A stretch of DNA of 63,270 nt, filler included, from Octopus bimaculoides (taxonomy: Eukaryota), in NCBI RefSeq assembly GCF_001194135.2. It is 7 parts of 6 records of this genome, joined end to end, with 100 filler letters (N's around TTAATTAATTAA, not from the genome) between each part and the next. Parts side by side here need not be neighbours in the genome. Positions count along the whole stretch, not along the records: positions 1 to 10,618 come from NC_068987.1; positions 10,719 to 18,941 come from NC_068982.1; 5 more parts are not named here. The stretch is one strand, 5' to 3'. Below are positions 1-12,835 of the stretch, one piece after another. Under the pieces are notes generated by a model that had not been told where the DNA came from, ran no database searches, and saw nothing but the letters and a program-made list of their open reading frames with translations. The position numbers were made by a program, and so were the translations under genes. Each line of letters begins with the position of its first letter. Position 1 is the stretch's first letter.

Positions 1-288
1 TATCAGTGGCGACTGCGGTGCTCGAGCTATTTGGGCTCAGCCCGAGTGTAAATTTAGTGAATTGACCGTGTATTTGCAAGCCGATTTCATTTCTACCAAC
101 ACTGACTTCAAGTATATAATTGCAGCCAATAACTCGGGATCCTTTTATTGAGCCTGGCCGTAGTTCATTTATTTTTTTTCAGCGTTTTGCGGTCGTCTTT
201 GAGGTGCCCTTTGGCAAAAAGTACCATTCGTATCAGATGTTCTCTCGACATCGTTCACATGTGTCTGACTCAGGCGAATTGTCATCTA

Positions 289-521
289 TTGGGTTGGTGC
301 ATAATCATTGCGGCTTTTTTTCTACAAATTTTATTCAACAAAATCAATAACAACATGTAACAAAGACTTCTTTAAATGATTATTCCAGAGTATATTGACC
401 ATCTACTTCAATTTCTGCTTCCCATTTGCTTGGCAGACGGTCAGACCGTCATTTAAAGATGTTTTTGTTAAATATTGTTTTTGGTTTTGTTGAATAAAAT
501 TTGTTGAAAAAAAAACCCCAA
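289..521. mobile_element. Mariner-derived MITE (~233 bp) with long inverted arms and TA target duplication
   Basis: Left end TA|TTGGGTTGGTGCATAATCATTGCGG resembles mellifera-type mariner TIRs. About 90 bp of the left arm is the reverse complement of the right arm ending CCCCAA|TA (522-523). The right TIR has an internal deletion. Confidence 0.75.
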
Positions 522-553
522 TAAATATATATATACATATATATATATATAAA

Positions 554-690
554 ACAAATCGACCCCAAGACTTATTCTTTGTAAGCCTAGTACTTATTCT
601 ATCGGTCACTTTTGCCAAAGCGCTAAGTTATGGGACGTAAACACACCAGCATCGGTTGTCAAGCGATAGGGGAACTGGCACACAAACACA
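554..690 (-). mobile_element. SINE family A (tRNA-head, CORE-like), 3' module
   Basis: GACCCCAAGACTTATTC...GTACTTATTCTATCGGTC...ACGTAAACACACCAGCATCGGTTGTCAAG matches the module seen at 25190-25500, 26546-26770, 28680-28800, 40010-40130 and 48700-48800. Confidence 0.8.
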
Positions 691-763
691 CGCACACACA
701 TACACACACCCACATATATACATACCTACGTACATACATATCTATATAATATATATATATATA

Positions 764-1076
764 ATAATATTAGGGACAAAATCCAAAATTACAGGTAAAA
801 CTCAATTAAAATCAATTTAGAAACATTAAAATTAAATTGAGCTTTACAGAGTAAAATATATATAAATATATAGTTTTAGGGAAAAGAACCGAGGTTCATG
901 AACTCATCGATGAAAATCCACTGTCACGTATAGAAAAATTAATAATTAAAAGCACAATAAATGAGTATAATATAATACAAAGTAAATATCATAAGATAAA
1001 GATAATATTATATTATCTTATGATATTTACTTTGTATTATATTATACTCATTTATTGTGCTGTGAATTATTAATTT
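764..1076. repeat. AT-rich dispersed repeat (family E) next to (TA)n, ending in a palindrome (936-1076)
   Basis: Near-identical copy at 10352-10618 (ATAATATTAGGGACAAAATCCAAAATTACA...). Bases ~1010-1076 are the reverse complement of ~936-1009. Confidence 0.75.
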
Positions 1077-1887
1077 NNNNNNNNNNNNNNNNNNNNNNNN
1101 NNNNNNNNNNNNNNNNNNNNNNNNNNNNNNNNNNNNNNNNNNNNNNNNNNNNNNNNNNNNNNNNNNNNNNNNNNNNNNNNNNNNNNNNNNNNNNNNNNNN
1201 NNNNNNNNNNNNNNNNNNNNNNNNNNNNNNNNNNNNNNNNNNNNNNNNNNNNNNNNNNNNNNNNNNNNNNNNNNNNNNNNNNNNNNNNNNNNNNNNNNNN
1301 NNNNNNNNNNNNNNNNNNNNNNNNNNNNNNNNNNNNNNNNNNNNNNNNNNNNNNNNNNNNNNNNNNNNNNNNNNNNNNNNNNNNNNNNNNNNNNNNNNNN
1401 NNNNNNNNNNNNNNNNNNNNNNNNNNNNNNNNNNNNNNNNNNNNNNNNNNNNNNNNNNNNNNNNNNNNNNNNNNNNNNNNNNNNNNNNNNNNNNNNNNNN
1501 NNNNNNNNNNNNNNNNNNNNNNNNNNNNNNNNNNNNNNNNNNNNNNNNNNNNNNNNNNNNNNNNNNNNNNNNNNNNNNNNNNNNNNNNNNNNNNNNNNNN
1601 NNNNNNNNNNNNNNNNNNNNNNNNNNNNNNNNNNNNNNNNNNNNNNNNNNNNNNNNNNNNNNNNNNNNNNNNNNNNNNNNNNNNNNNNNNNNNNNNNNNN
1701 NNNNNNNNNNNNNNNNNNNNNNNNNNNNNNNNNNNNNNNNNNNNNNNNNNNNNNNNNNNNNNNNNNNNNNNNNNNNNNNNNNNNNNNNNNNNNNNNNNNN
1801 NNNNNNNNNNNNNNNNNNNNNNNNNNNNNNNNNNNNNNNNNNNNNNNNNNNNNNNNNNNNNNNNNNNNNNNNNNNNNNNNNNNNNNN

Positions 1888-1966
<79 letters not shown>

Positions 1967-2655
1967 GTGAAAATATGTAGAAAACATAAAAAGGGGAAGA
2001 GAAATGACTTCATTTCATATAGTGTTAATATCTTTTTCTAAAAATATATATATACAAATTCTATCGATTGTAAAATTCTTATAAAATGTAGTGATGTCCA
2101 ACTGGTTTTCGCTATTTAGATTAGCTTTTCAAGGGACATTGTGAAGTAATCATTCCTTGAGACAAAGGAATCACGCCATTTTGGATTTCTTGAAAAGTAA
2201 GAATGAAAGGTGAAAGTGGATAAAGGGAGGCAATATATGGCAAAGTGAACAACTACCTTCTCAGCATTATTGAATATTGGTAAATAAATTTGATTTTGAA
2301 ATAGGAATGTGTAGGGATTAGGTGGTCAAGTTTGTAAATTCATTTACCGCTATTCAATAAGGTAGTTGTCCCCCTTGCTACCTATTGCCTCCCTTTATCA
2401 ACTCTCTCCACTCATTCATACCTTTCAAGAAATCCAAAATGGCGTGATTACTTTGTCTCAAGGAATGTTTACTTCACAATGTCCCATGAAAGGCTAACTT
2501 AAATAGCAATAACAGGTTGGATATCATTACATTTTATGAGACGTTTACAAGCCATAAATTTTGCATTTCTTTTTTAATAAAAAGAAATTAAAACTATGTG
2601 AAATGAAGGCATTTCTCTTTCCCTTTTCATATATGTTTTCTACATGTTTTTTCAC
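1967..2655. mobile_element. Foldback/MITE-like element with ~310-bp inverted arms
   Basis: For example, CATTCCTTGAGACAAAGGAATCACGCCATTTTGGATTTCTTGAAA (2151-2195) mirrors TTTCAAGAAATCCAAAATGGCGTGATTACTTTGTCTCAAGGAATG (2423-2467). The symmetry continues out to GTGAAAATATGTAGAAAACAT / ATGTTTTCTACATGTTTTTTCAC. Confidence 0.8.
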
Positions 2656-2705
2656 GTGGTGTATACTGATTCCCCAGCATTTTTGCTCCTTCTATATATA
2701 TATAT

Positions 2706-2810
2706 ACGATTGGTTTCTTTCAGTTTCCGTCAAGCAAATCCACTCACAAGGCTTTGGCTGGCCCGAGGCCACATTAGAAGACGCTTGCTCAATGTACCAC
2801 ACGCAAACAC
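2706..2810 (-). mobile_element. SINE family A, head/central module fragment
   Basis: TTTCTTTCAGTTTCCGTC...AATCCACTCACAAGGCTTTGG...CCCGAGGC matches copies at 20810-20962 and 40180-40330. Confidence 0.75.
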
Positions 2811-3277
2811 TCACACACACACATACAGCGACAATTTGTATGTCATAAATTCTCAATTATGTGTAATAACTGCATTCTTCTTTCCGTCCACTTAATATAG
2901 TCTGGAATCTTAGATGAAATTCTACCAGGTGAATTTGAGATTTATTAACCGAGCAAGTGTAATTGTATAGTTTACAAAAATCTTATTGTCACTGGTCGGT
3001 TTAGTCAGTCAAAGTTTGATTACAACAGGGGGCTTAAAAAGCACCCACCTAGACTTTAAAATCCTTATTTTTTTCTGTTGTATAGATACATACATGCACA
3101 GACACAAACACACATATATATTTGTCTGTGTGTTGCGTGTGTTTATATGTGTATGTGTCCTAGTGGAAATATCACAGACACACACATATATATATATATA
3201 TATGCTTATACATACATACATACACGTACATACATGCATATATATATATTGTAGTATGTATACCATGNNNNNNNNNN

Positions 3278-3330
<53 letters not shown>

Positions 3331-4990
3331 ATGTATATATATATATATCTATTGTAGTATGTATATTTCTGTATATATGTATGTGTGTATGTATACACAT
3401 ATATATGCGCCTACCTGTGTATTTATGTATAAATATGGGTGATTGTATCTTTCTTCATGTTTTGTGGTCTAACACGGCTAATCAAATTACATCTTGCTCT
3501 CTCTCTCTCTCAAAGTGTGACGACGTTTCGCTAATTAAAGATCAATTTCCTAAATAGGAGGCTTCAGTAATCACTAGAGTAGGGATCTCTCACATGATCA
3601 CCTAACAGCCTTCAAAGCAGAGCCTAGCATGACAGCATTCCATTGACTGAAACCTGTAAAAAAATTGAGGAATACGGATAATTTGAGTATTCCTAGAACA
3701 AGGCTGTTATAAACGAACATTGAGAAGAATTCAAATATGTGGAATATATTTGACCATTACGAAATCCGTATTCACTACTGTTCATTCAAAAGTATTCATG
3801 TTTTAGGCAATAGGTGTTGAGAACCATCACCAGTTATTTCCAGGCGCCCTCTTGAAAGCAGTGAATGCATTTATAGTTTCTTGGCTTGTAATACATTCAC
3901 CATGTACCTCAAAGGAGACAACTCTGGAATGGCTTTGGGAATATTCGTTTCTTTGTAGTAAATTAGAATGAAAACAAGTGCTGATTACATGCAGAACCGC
4001 TCTAAGAGAGTTTTATTTAACATTCTTTATAGTGTGTCAAAGAACGTATTGTATAGTATGTTCTTTCTTTTTAAATATGGTGAGAATGTAATTTCTTCTA
4101 AGATTTGACTGCTGTTTCTAGCAGTTTTGAGCAACCTAATAGAGAGCTGGCTCGACGGTACTAGTTTTAACACTTAGTATTTTATGGTGACAGTTTATTT
4201 CAGTGATAGATGATTTATGATAGCTAAAGTAAAAGTATTAGTTTAGATTTTAGCTGTGTTTCTCTCTAGCTTTGTCTTTCGATTTGTGTTGGTCTGTCTG
4301 CCTCGCTCTCCATAAATAAATAAATAAACAAAAATAAATTAATAAATAAAACAATCAATAAGTACATACACTCACACACACACGTGTATATGTATGTATA
4401 TATGTATGTATGTATGTATATATGTGTGTATGTATGTATGTATGTATGTATGTATGTATTTATGTATGTAGGTAGGTAGGTAGGTTGGTATGTAGGTAGG
4501 TATGTAGGTATGTATGCATNNNNNNNNNNCTGTCTGCCTCGCTCTCCATAAATAAATAAATAAACAAAAATAAATTAATAAATAAAACAATCAATAAGTA
4601 CATACACTCACACACACACGTGTATATGTATGTATATATATATGATAATGGAATTCGTAAGCAGGACATAAAGATGTTTGCATTTAGGTTACAAAACGAA
4701 AAAGAAAAAAACAAAAAAAATAAGGACACACACAAACAAACACCATAAACTTCCCACTGTAGAGACACTATTCGCATACAAAATATGCTCATAAATGATA
4801 TAAATATGAGATAAAGATCAGGGAGGACATATCTCAACAATGAGATATGCTACTTTAATTTTATAGTTGATACACACACGTCTGCGCGCGCGCGCACATA
4901 CGTGACACTGGTGCTCATTATTGCAAAACACTTTGGCATTCAGATGGAATATATCAGCCTTGTACACACACACACACACACACACACATA

Positions 4991-5062
<72 letters not shown>

Positions 5063-5589
5063 ACACACACATATATATAACTAGTAAAACATATCACTTA
5101 TGCTATGATTACTATCTCTCTCACTCTCTGCCCTTTTTTGTCACCATATCTGTGTGTGTTTGTGTGTATTTGTCTATGTGTGTATATTATATGTACGCTT
5201 TTGGACTGCATTCAGAAGTGTATTATAGAGAAGCCCTGTTCAGGAGATCCGGTGCACTCTGCGGAAGTAATTTTCATGGTTCAACAGAGGATGAAGGCGG
5301 CTGCAGCAACGCATTATGTAGTGCAGAGGCAACTAAGACTTTGGTCAATTCTCTGTACCATTGCATTTGTCATCATCCCCAGTTTTATTGATCTTTGCTT
5401 GTAACTGGATTGCAGATGGCCGCTAACTAGAGAATGGGACTGGCAGTTCGCAATTCTTCTTCACTTTATACAAAGTCACTGTGCGAGACATCAGTTATTC
5501 TTAAAAATAACTAGTTGTCCCGTGTCGTTCTGACAGACGACAATGTATGTATGTATGTACGTATGTACGTACGTATGTATGTATGTATG

Positions 5590-5955
5590 TCATTATAAAA
5601 TTTTGTTTCACGTATTCTTGCCAATAGAGGAAAAGCCGGTTTCTAACCTAGATCCAAGGCTACTTCATTGAAATTTCACCAACGTTAACAGGTTTTTTGC
5701 ATGTATGGGTGTATATCTACAATACTTGGCCTCAGTGCATATGTAGATTTGTATGTTTTGTTTTATGTATGCATTCTCATGCATACAGTTACATGTCAAG
5801 ACATGCGTATAGATACTTAAATGATAAACTGCTGGAAAGTTTTACAAAATTTTATAGTTCTAGTGATGTTTTGGATCTCTAGTCTTCAAATCAGCATTCT
5901 CCTTTATGGTTTTGAGATGCCTAATTTCTCAAGATTAGTACTTAGGTAGTGTTAT
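5590..5955 (-). mobile_element. R4/Dong-like (RLE-type) non-LTR retrotransposon 3' end, copy 1
   Basis: Homologous to 6018-6345 (CTTGCCAATAGA...CCTAGATCCAAGGCT...). Includes the ORF C-terminus and 3' UTR, and its 3' end abuts (TACA)n. Confidence 0.65.
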
Positions 5956-5960
5956 ATATG

Positions 5961-5994
<34 letters not shown>

Positions 5995-6017
5995 TGTATG
6001 TATGCATGTATGTATGT

Positions 6018-6690
6018 AATTATTCGGTTTTATTTCAAGATTTCTTGCCAATAGAGAAAGAGCCGTTTTCTGACCTAGATCCAAGGCTCCATCATTGGAA
6101 TTTCAACATCAACTAGGTATTTTTGTATGTATGTATACGTGAAGATTTGTATTTTATGTATGTATTCTCATGCATATAGTTGCATAACTAGACATGCTTA
6201 TCTATATTTAAATGGTAAACTTCTGGATGGTTTTACAGAATTTTACAGTTTCAGTGATGAATTGGATCTGTAGTCTTCGAATCAGCTTTCTCCTTTCTGG
6301 TTTTGAGAGGCGTAAGTTCTCAAGATTGGTATTGAGATATTGTGTTACATATCCCAGTACCTCAATAACTACAAGTATAAACCTGAACTTGTAATCTGGA
6401 TAGAGTAACTACAAATTTCTCAATAGTTTCAGCGTAGGTATTCTTTTTTCGCTGATCTTTAGCTTTGTGTTAATATCCGCTGGGCAACTGATTTCGACAA
6501 CTGTACACAGTTTCTATTCTCAATCGCAAATCATTATATCAGGTCTATTGTATCTACATTTTACTGAGATTTTCACTGGCACATTCTACCAGTACTCCTT
6601 TTTATTATGAGTGGCTATGGCGTCCATCTTACTGTGGGTTCTTATCTTTTTCGTTCTCGGGGTTATACTTCCGACGTATCTGGCACATCA
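6018..6690 (-). mobile_element. R4/Dong-like (RLE-type) non-LTR retrotransposon 3' fragment, copy 2 (pseudogenised)
   Basis: Minus-strand translation across frameshifts gives RYNRPDIMICD...CTVVEISCPADIN...LYPDYKFRFILVVIEVLGYV...KFCKTIQKFTI*. This is the PD-(D/E)xK restriction-like endonuclease tail of R2/R4-group elements. Confidence 0.75.
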
Positions 6691-6715
6691 CAACCGCACA
6701 CGCATACACACATAC

Positions 6716-6752
<37 letters not shown>

Positions 6753-7055
6753 NNNNNNNNNNNNNNNNNNNNNNNNNNNNNNNNNNNNNNNNNNNNNNNN
6801 NNNNNNNNNNNNNNNNNNNNNNNNNNNNNNNNNNNNNNNNNNNNNNNNNNNNNNNNNNNNNNNNNNNNNNNNNNNNNNNNNNNNNNNNNNNNNNNNNNNN
6901 NNNNNNNNNNNNNNNNNNNNNNNNNNNNNNNNNNNNNNNNNNNNNNNNNNNNNNNNNNNNNNNNNNNNNNNNNNNNNNNNNNNNNNNNNNNNNNNNNNNN
7001 NNNNNNNNNNNNNNNNNNNNNNNNNNNNNNNNNNNNNNNNNNNNNNNNNNNNNNN

Positions 7056-7108
<53 letters not shown>

Positions 7109-7554
7109 TACCTACACGTGCACACAAACATATTCTCATATATGCACAAGTGTCTATAAATGAATTCAGACTTCAAACACATGTACATGCATACATTCGT
7201 CTTTAAACTAGTTTACTAGAATACTTACAAATGTACACACATTCGCACACGCACACACATACCACTCTCCCCCGCCACAGACACACCTACACATAAACAT
7301 GTAAGCTCATAAAGACTTAAGCTCAAATCCACACTGAAACACACATAATCACAAATACACATAATGTTTGACTTTCCATTAAATACATTCAGCCAAGATA
7401 ATTGGCTTTATGCTGTGTTGTCGGCAAGAAAGGTAATAAATAATTATGTTTATATATAGTTAAGTAAAGCTAAATTTCTTAAGTTCACTTTAAGAATATC
7501 TTTCTATATTTGGGATTAAGATGAAAGCATAAAATTCTCTCATAAAGTCAGAAC

Positions 7555-7625
<71 letters not shown>

Positions 7626-8603
7626 GAGATAGAGAGTGAGACAGAAGACATGTCCATGTACAATTTGCAACGATCAACACTATTCTTGTCTGAATTGCTT
7701 CAGTGTTGTTGTTAAGTACAATGATTAGGTCTCAGCACATTCTCAAATTTTTACCTCCATAACAGCAAGTAATTGAGAATGAGAAAAGTTTACTCTATGA
7801 GAAATTACTATTGTATAACGTTTGCAAACTTTACCACTAAAATAACAGCGTTCACTTCATGTTATATCAACAACTTAATGCAGTATCAAGAGATAACAGT
7901 GACATTAGAGAGATAATGGTAGAAATTTCACAAAATTGACACTTCACTTTTATCAGAAAACATACTGATTATCTTCTCAATACGTCTGAACTCAATTTTA
8001 CTGTTAATAATTCCTAATTAGGATACTGTACTTGCAAAAATAGAACATTTTATATGAGACAAGAAAATGCAATAATATTTCTTTCAACAAAGCATTTTTG
8101 TGACATTTTAAGCGTTATTATCACATTATTTATAGTGAACAGAGGTTTCCATCTTTCGTGTATTCAACTTATCTAAATATCCAGATAGATATATATGCTT
8201 CCCTTCTGTAATATAATTACCAATACCATCAATAACGTCACTCCATTCTATCATTTATATTTCAAGACTTATACACATCTCTCAGTCTCGCTCATTCACC
8301 ATCTACCTGTGTATTTATGTATATGTGTATGTATATCTATGTATCTGTGTATAAGTATCTATCAAATAAAATAATCTGACAGTGCTTGTATTTACCAAAA
8401 AACTCTTTTTCATTACTATACTCCTGTTCGGACACATACTCGCGCGCACAGACGCACAGACGCACATACACTCTCCTCCACACACACACGACAGATTTCT
8501 GTACACTCACTATTTACCAAATTTCACTAACAGGTTATATACATATTACATATGTATGTATGTATGTATGAATCTATCTATCTAAGCGTTCTATAGAGGA
8601 TTA

Positions 8604-8880
8604 GTGGAGGGGAGGTGCGACGACGATCTCGGGCAGAATCTGGGCGTCGACGAGGAACACCTGACCCGCCTGTTCAGGACAACTTTCGGGCCGGGACCTA
8701 TGGACAACCACCAGAGATTCCTGGCCTGGCAGTGCTATCGAGAAGCATTACCCGTTCGGGATAAGCTTTACAGGCACGGTTCGAGACACACCGGACCGAT
8801 CTGCCCGAGATGCGGTCAGAGCGACGAAACCGTTCTGCACGCAATCGTGCAGTGTCCAAAGATTTCCGACCTCTGGGCTT
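8604..8880 (+). mobile_element. L1/Tx1-clade LINE ORF2 C-terminal fragment (zf-RVT-like), runs into a gap
   Basis: GC-rich open frame AWQCYREALPVRDKL...CPRCGQSDETVLHAIVQCPKISDLW contains CxxC-x7-H-x4-C. Confidence 0.8.
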
Positions 8881-9452
8881 NNNNNNNNNNNNNNNNNNNN
8901 NNNNNNNNNNNNNNNNNNNNNNNNNNNNNNNNNNNNNNNNNNNNNNNNNNNNNNNNNNNNNNNNNNNNNNNNNNNNNNNNNNNNNNNNNNNNNNNNNNNN
9001 NNNNNNNNNNNNNNNNNNNNNNNNNNNNNNNNNNNNNNNNNNNNNNNNNNNNNNNNNNNNNNNNNNNNNNNNNNNNNNNNNNNNNNNNNNNNNNNNNNNN
9101 NNNNNNNNNNNNNNNNNNNNNNNNNNNNNNNNNNNNNNNNNNNNNNNNNNNNNNNNNNNNNNNNNNNNNNNNNNNNNNNNNNNNNNNNNNNNNNNNNNNN
9201 NNNNNNNNNNNNNNNNNNNNNNNNNNNNNNNNNNNNNNNNNNNNNNNNNNNNNNNNNNNNNNNNNNNNNNNNNNNNNNNNNNNNNNNNNNNNNNNNNNNN
9301 NNNNNNNNNNNNNNNNNNNNNNNNNNNNNNNNNNNNNNNNNNNNNNNNNNNNNNNNNNNNNNNNNNNNNNNNNNNNNNNNNNNNNNNNNNNNNNNNNNNN
9401 NNNNNNNNNNNNNNNNNNNNNNNNNNNNNNNNNNNNNNNNNNNNNNNNTATC

Positions 9453-9505
<53 letters not shown>

Positions 9506-9506
9506 G

Positions 9507-9614
<108 letters not shown>

Positions 9615-9703
9615 CAATCACAATCATTTCCGTGTGTCTATAAATACGTGTGTATGTATGTATACATATGTACTTATGTACATATATGTATGTCTGTGTG
9701 TAT

Positions 9704-9739
<36 letters not shown>

Positions 9740-10328
9740 AGTGTGTATATATATATTTATTTATATCTATGCAGATATATCCATATATGTGTGTATGTAT
9801 TTATACTCACACGAATAAATAAACAGTTGATTTACTAGCACAAAATTTTGTCCCACACGTAATGTATTAATGAATCATTCAACTGTTTACTTAAAATCAA
9901 AATGTATTCAAGGTACTAAGTGGTCTATTCTTTTCTTTGGACATATATTACGCGTGGTTGCATGTACGCATACACACACTCATAGACACACACATAGAAA
10001 GAGATGCACACATATACATATACAATACGAAGTTGCTTAAATACTTATATAACTATAAATAATAGTCATCTGACTAAAAAAAAAAGTCTAAATAGAACAA
10101 AATGATGGAAAGACTCGCGCATGCGATTGCAGTCTCACATCTGCCATAAAACGGAGTGTGATGCGTGGTTAAATCTTCATGCGTGTCTTTTAAATGTTTC
10201 CTTTTTAAGGGGTGTATCTTATGATATTTTATGATTTGTAACAACTCTATTTACATTTCAGCGACGACTTGGAATTGAAATGTTGTGCAAGACACAACCA
10301 GCGCAGGCTTTACATATAATTATATAAT

Positions 10329-10351
<23 letters not shown>

Positions 10352-10360
<9 letters not shown>

Positions 10361-10618
10361 GGGACAAAATCCAAAATTACAAGTAAAAACTCAATTAAAA
10401 TCAATTTATAAAAAATAAAAATTAAATTGAGATTTATAGATTAAAATATATATAAAATATATAATTTTAGGGAAAATAACCAAGTTTCAAGAACTCATCG
10501 ATGAAAATCCACTATCACATATAGAAAAATTAATAATTAGAAGCACAATAAATGAGTATAATATAAAACAAAGTAAATATCATAAGATAGAGATAATAAA
10601 CTATATATTATATTATAT
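10352..10618. repeat. AT-rich dispersed repeat family E, second copy
   Basis: Aligns by eye to 764-1010 along its whole length and is flanked by (TA)n. Confidence 0.75.
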
Positions 10619-10718
10619 NNNNNNNNNNNNNNNNNNNNNNNNNNNNNNNNNNNNNNNNNNNNTTAATTAATTAANNNNNNNNNNNNNNNNNNNNNNNNNN
10701 NNNNNNNNNNNNNNNNNN
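10619..10718. other. Artificial 100-bp assembly gap spacer N44-TTAATTAATTAA-N44
   Basis: The same 12-mer sits inside N runs at 10663, 18986, 39562, 50373, 58897 and 61911 and gives stop codons in all six frames. Confidence 0.9.
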
Positions 10719-10742
10719 CATATATATATATATATATATATA

Positions 10743-10920
10743 TTGATCGCTAACCACTAAACATTTTTTATTTTCTCTCTCTGCTCATATCTGTGTTCCT
10801 TTTTGTTGAAGACCGTAGGCTCGAAACGTAAAAGACTTTCTCACATACCGAGCGTTAGACTAATACAACTGTTTGTTGCTTACACACCCGTCTTCGTCTT
10901 TTTTTTTTTTGTAAATTCCA
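10743..10920 (+). mobile_element. Short (TA)n-embedded repeat family P1 with decayed hammerhead-like motif (Penelope pLTR-like)
   Basis: TGTTGAAGACCGTAGGCTCGAAACGTAAAAGACTTTC...GAGCGTTAGACTAATAC is homologous to 45073-45270 and 50430-50627. Confidence 0.7.
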
Positions 10921-10945
10921 TATATATATATATATATATATATAT

Positions 10946-12147
10946 GCATATGTGGGCACAGGAGGTCACGAAACGTGTGCAACAAAGAATCACGAAGCAC
11001 AAGTACATGGAACATGAACTATTCTTTCGAACAATGAAAAACACAAATGGAAAACAGAACAAACAACATAAAGAACGACCTTTCATGAGTTGTTGGCTGT
11101 TTTTCTAGTCTCGTATTTCGAGCATTTAACAACTATATACGCTTTCGATAAAACAGTTGCTCCCGCAAAGCAAATTAAATAAAATTTGGGATTTTGCGGA
11201 GGTTCAAAATCGGTAACACAAACAGGACAGTGAAAAAAAAAAACCCCCCAAAAAGCAGGAAGGGCTGCTAAGCCTAAACGAGGTTGTGATGACGAACGTG
11301 TAAATCAAGGCAGGACAGGAGACAAGCAAGAACACGCCTTCCTGGATAGAGCTACAACGGTGAGAAAGAAAGAAAGATGGCTGATGGTCACGTGGGAGCC
11401 ACGTGATCAAGAGAGGAGGAGTGATGAAGAGAGAGTGGTGTTCGCCATCACAACGAGGTTGTGGTGGCGAACGCGTAAATCAAGCGAGGACAGGAGACAA
11501 ACAAGAACACGTCTTCCTTATTCCAGCTACAACGGGGAGAAAGAAAGATGGCCGATGGTTACGTGGGAGCCACGTTAGCAAGGAGTGAGGAGTGAGGGAG
11601 AGAGAGAGTGACAGAATAATAGGATAGAATATTGGGAGAAGAGGAGGTAAAGAAATCAGAGAGAGAAAAAGAGAGAAAAACGAAAGAGTAAAAAGATGGT
11701 ATAGACTGCGTATTAGAATTATTAGGATAAAACTTACTTGGAAGAGGATGTGTGGCGTTCAATCATATAATAATATGAATACAATAATATATATGCATAT
11801 ATACACATATATATATATATGCATGTGTAGGCACAGGACGTCATGAAACGTGTACAACAAAAAAGTACGAAGCACGAGTACATGGAACATGAACTATTCT
11901 TTCGAACAACGAAAGACACAAATAGAAAACAAACAACATAAAGAACGACCCTTCATCAGTTGTTGGCTGTTTTTCTAGTCTCGTATTTCGATCAATTAAC
12001 AACAATATACGCTTTCGAGCATTTAACAACAAGATACGCTTTCGAGAAAACAGTTGCTCCCGCAAGGCAAATTAAATAAAATTTGGGATTTTGCCGAGTG
12101 TCGAAATGGGTAACAAAAACAGGACAGTGAAAACAAACAGGAAGGGC
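10946..12147. repeat. Composite repeat: two ~320-bp direct repeats (10946-11265, 11821-12147) enclosing two ~125-bp units (11277-11406, 11452-11575)
   Basis: GGCACAGGA.GTCA.GAAACGTGT...CAGGACAGTGAAAA occurs twice. AACGAGGTTGTG...ACGTGGGAGCCACGT occurs twice. Confidence 0.8.
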
Positions 12148-12319
12148 GCGGCGCGGCCATTGACATGAGTAATAATGCATCTTTTCTGGTGTATTTTATT
12201 AAGTTGGCAATAAAAAGCAGACGGTTGACGGGATGGATCCGTAGAACTTTCAGAACGAGAGAACAGGAAATCCCCTAGAGGACATTTTCCCTCACCCGTT
12301 TATATTTCTGCTTCCAACT

Positions 12320-12835
12320 ATGATCACCAACAGTGTAAAATTAAAGACGGAACTTGAAGCAATCCAGTGAAGCTACACAAAGAAGATCGTCTCAATGCGA
12401 CATGTCAGCTACTGGGAGAGACTGAAAAAGTTAATATTTTACTCTCTAGAACGAAGTGGGGAAAGAGATGCAGTGATATACATCTGAAAAGTCCTAAAAG
12501 AACTTGTACGAAATTTTGGCATTGAAAGTTACGCAAACAATAGAACGAGGCGCTATTGCATAGTGCCAAAACTTCCAACATTGCCATCAGGATACAGAAC
12601 CCGATACTACAACAGATTGGGTTTCAATGACCCTCAGCTCTTCAATATCCTCTCTAAAGCATAAGAAACCTACATGGGGTGGATGTAGGCATCTTCAAAA
12701 CAAAACTGGATCTTCTCCTCTCGAGAGTTCTGGAGGAAAGCAACATCAAACTCCCTCGCTTATCGAATGCCTCATATCAGAGGAGAATTCATGTAGTGAA
12801 AGTGTAGCAAAGCTAACGGCACAACCGCAATGAAG
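12320..12835 (+). mobile_element. CR1-like LINE 3' fragment (pseudogenised ORF2 C-terminus)
   Basis: Translation ELEAIQ*SYTKKIVSMRHVSYWERLKKLIFYSLER...QLFNIL...VDVGIFKTKLDLLL matches the CR1/L2-group post-RT tail. Confidence 0.75.

Noticed and set aside
3515-3532. Minus-strand GCGAAACGTCGTCACAC, the 3' half of a hammerhead
   Set aside because: There is no CUGANGA core or stem II partner upstream.
4294-4640. Identical ~110-bp duplication either side of a 10-N gap (likewise 32517-32745 vs 32756-32985)
   Set aside because: Exact identity across a tiny gap points to an unmerged contig overlap or haplotype, not a real tandem duplication.
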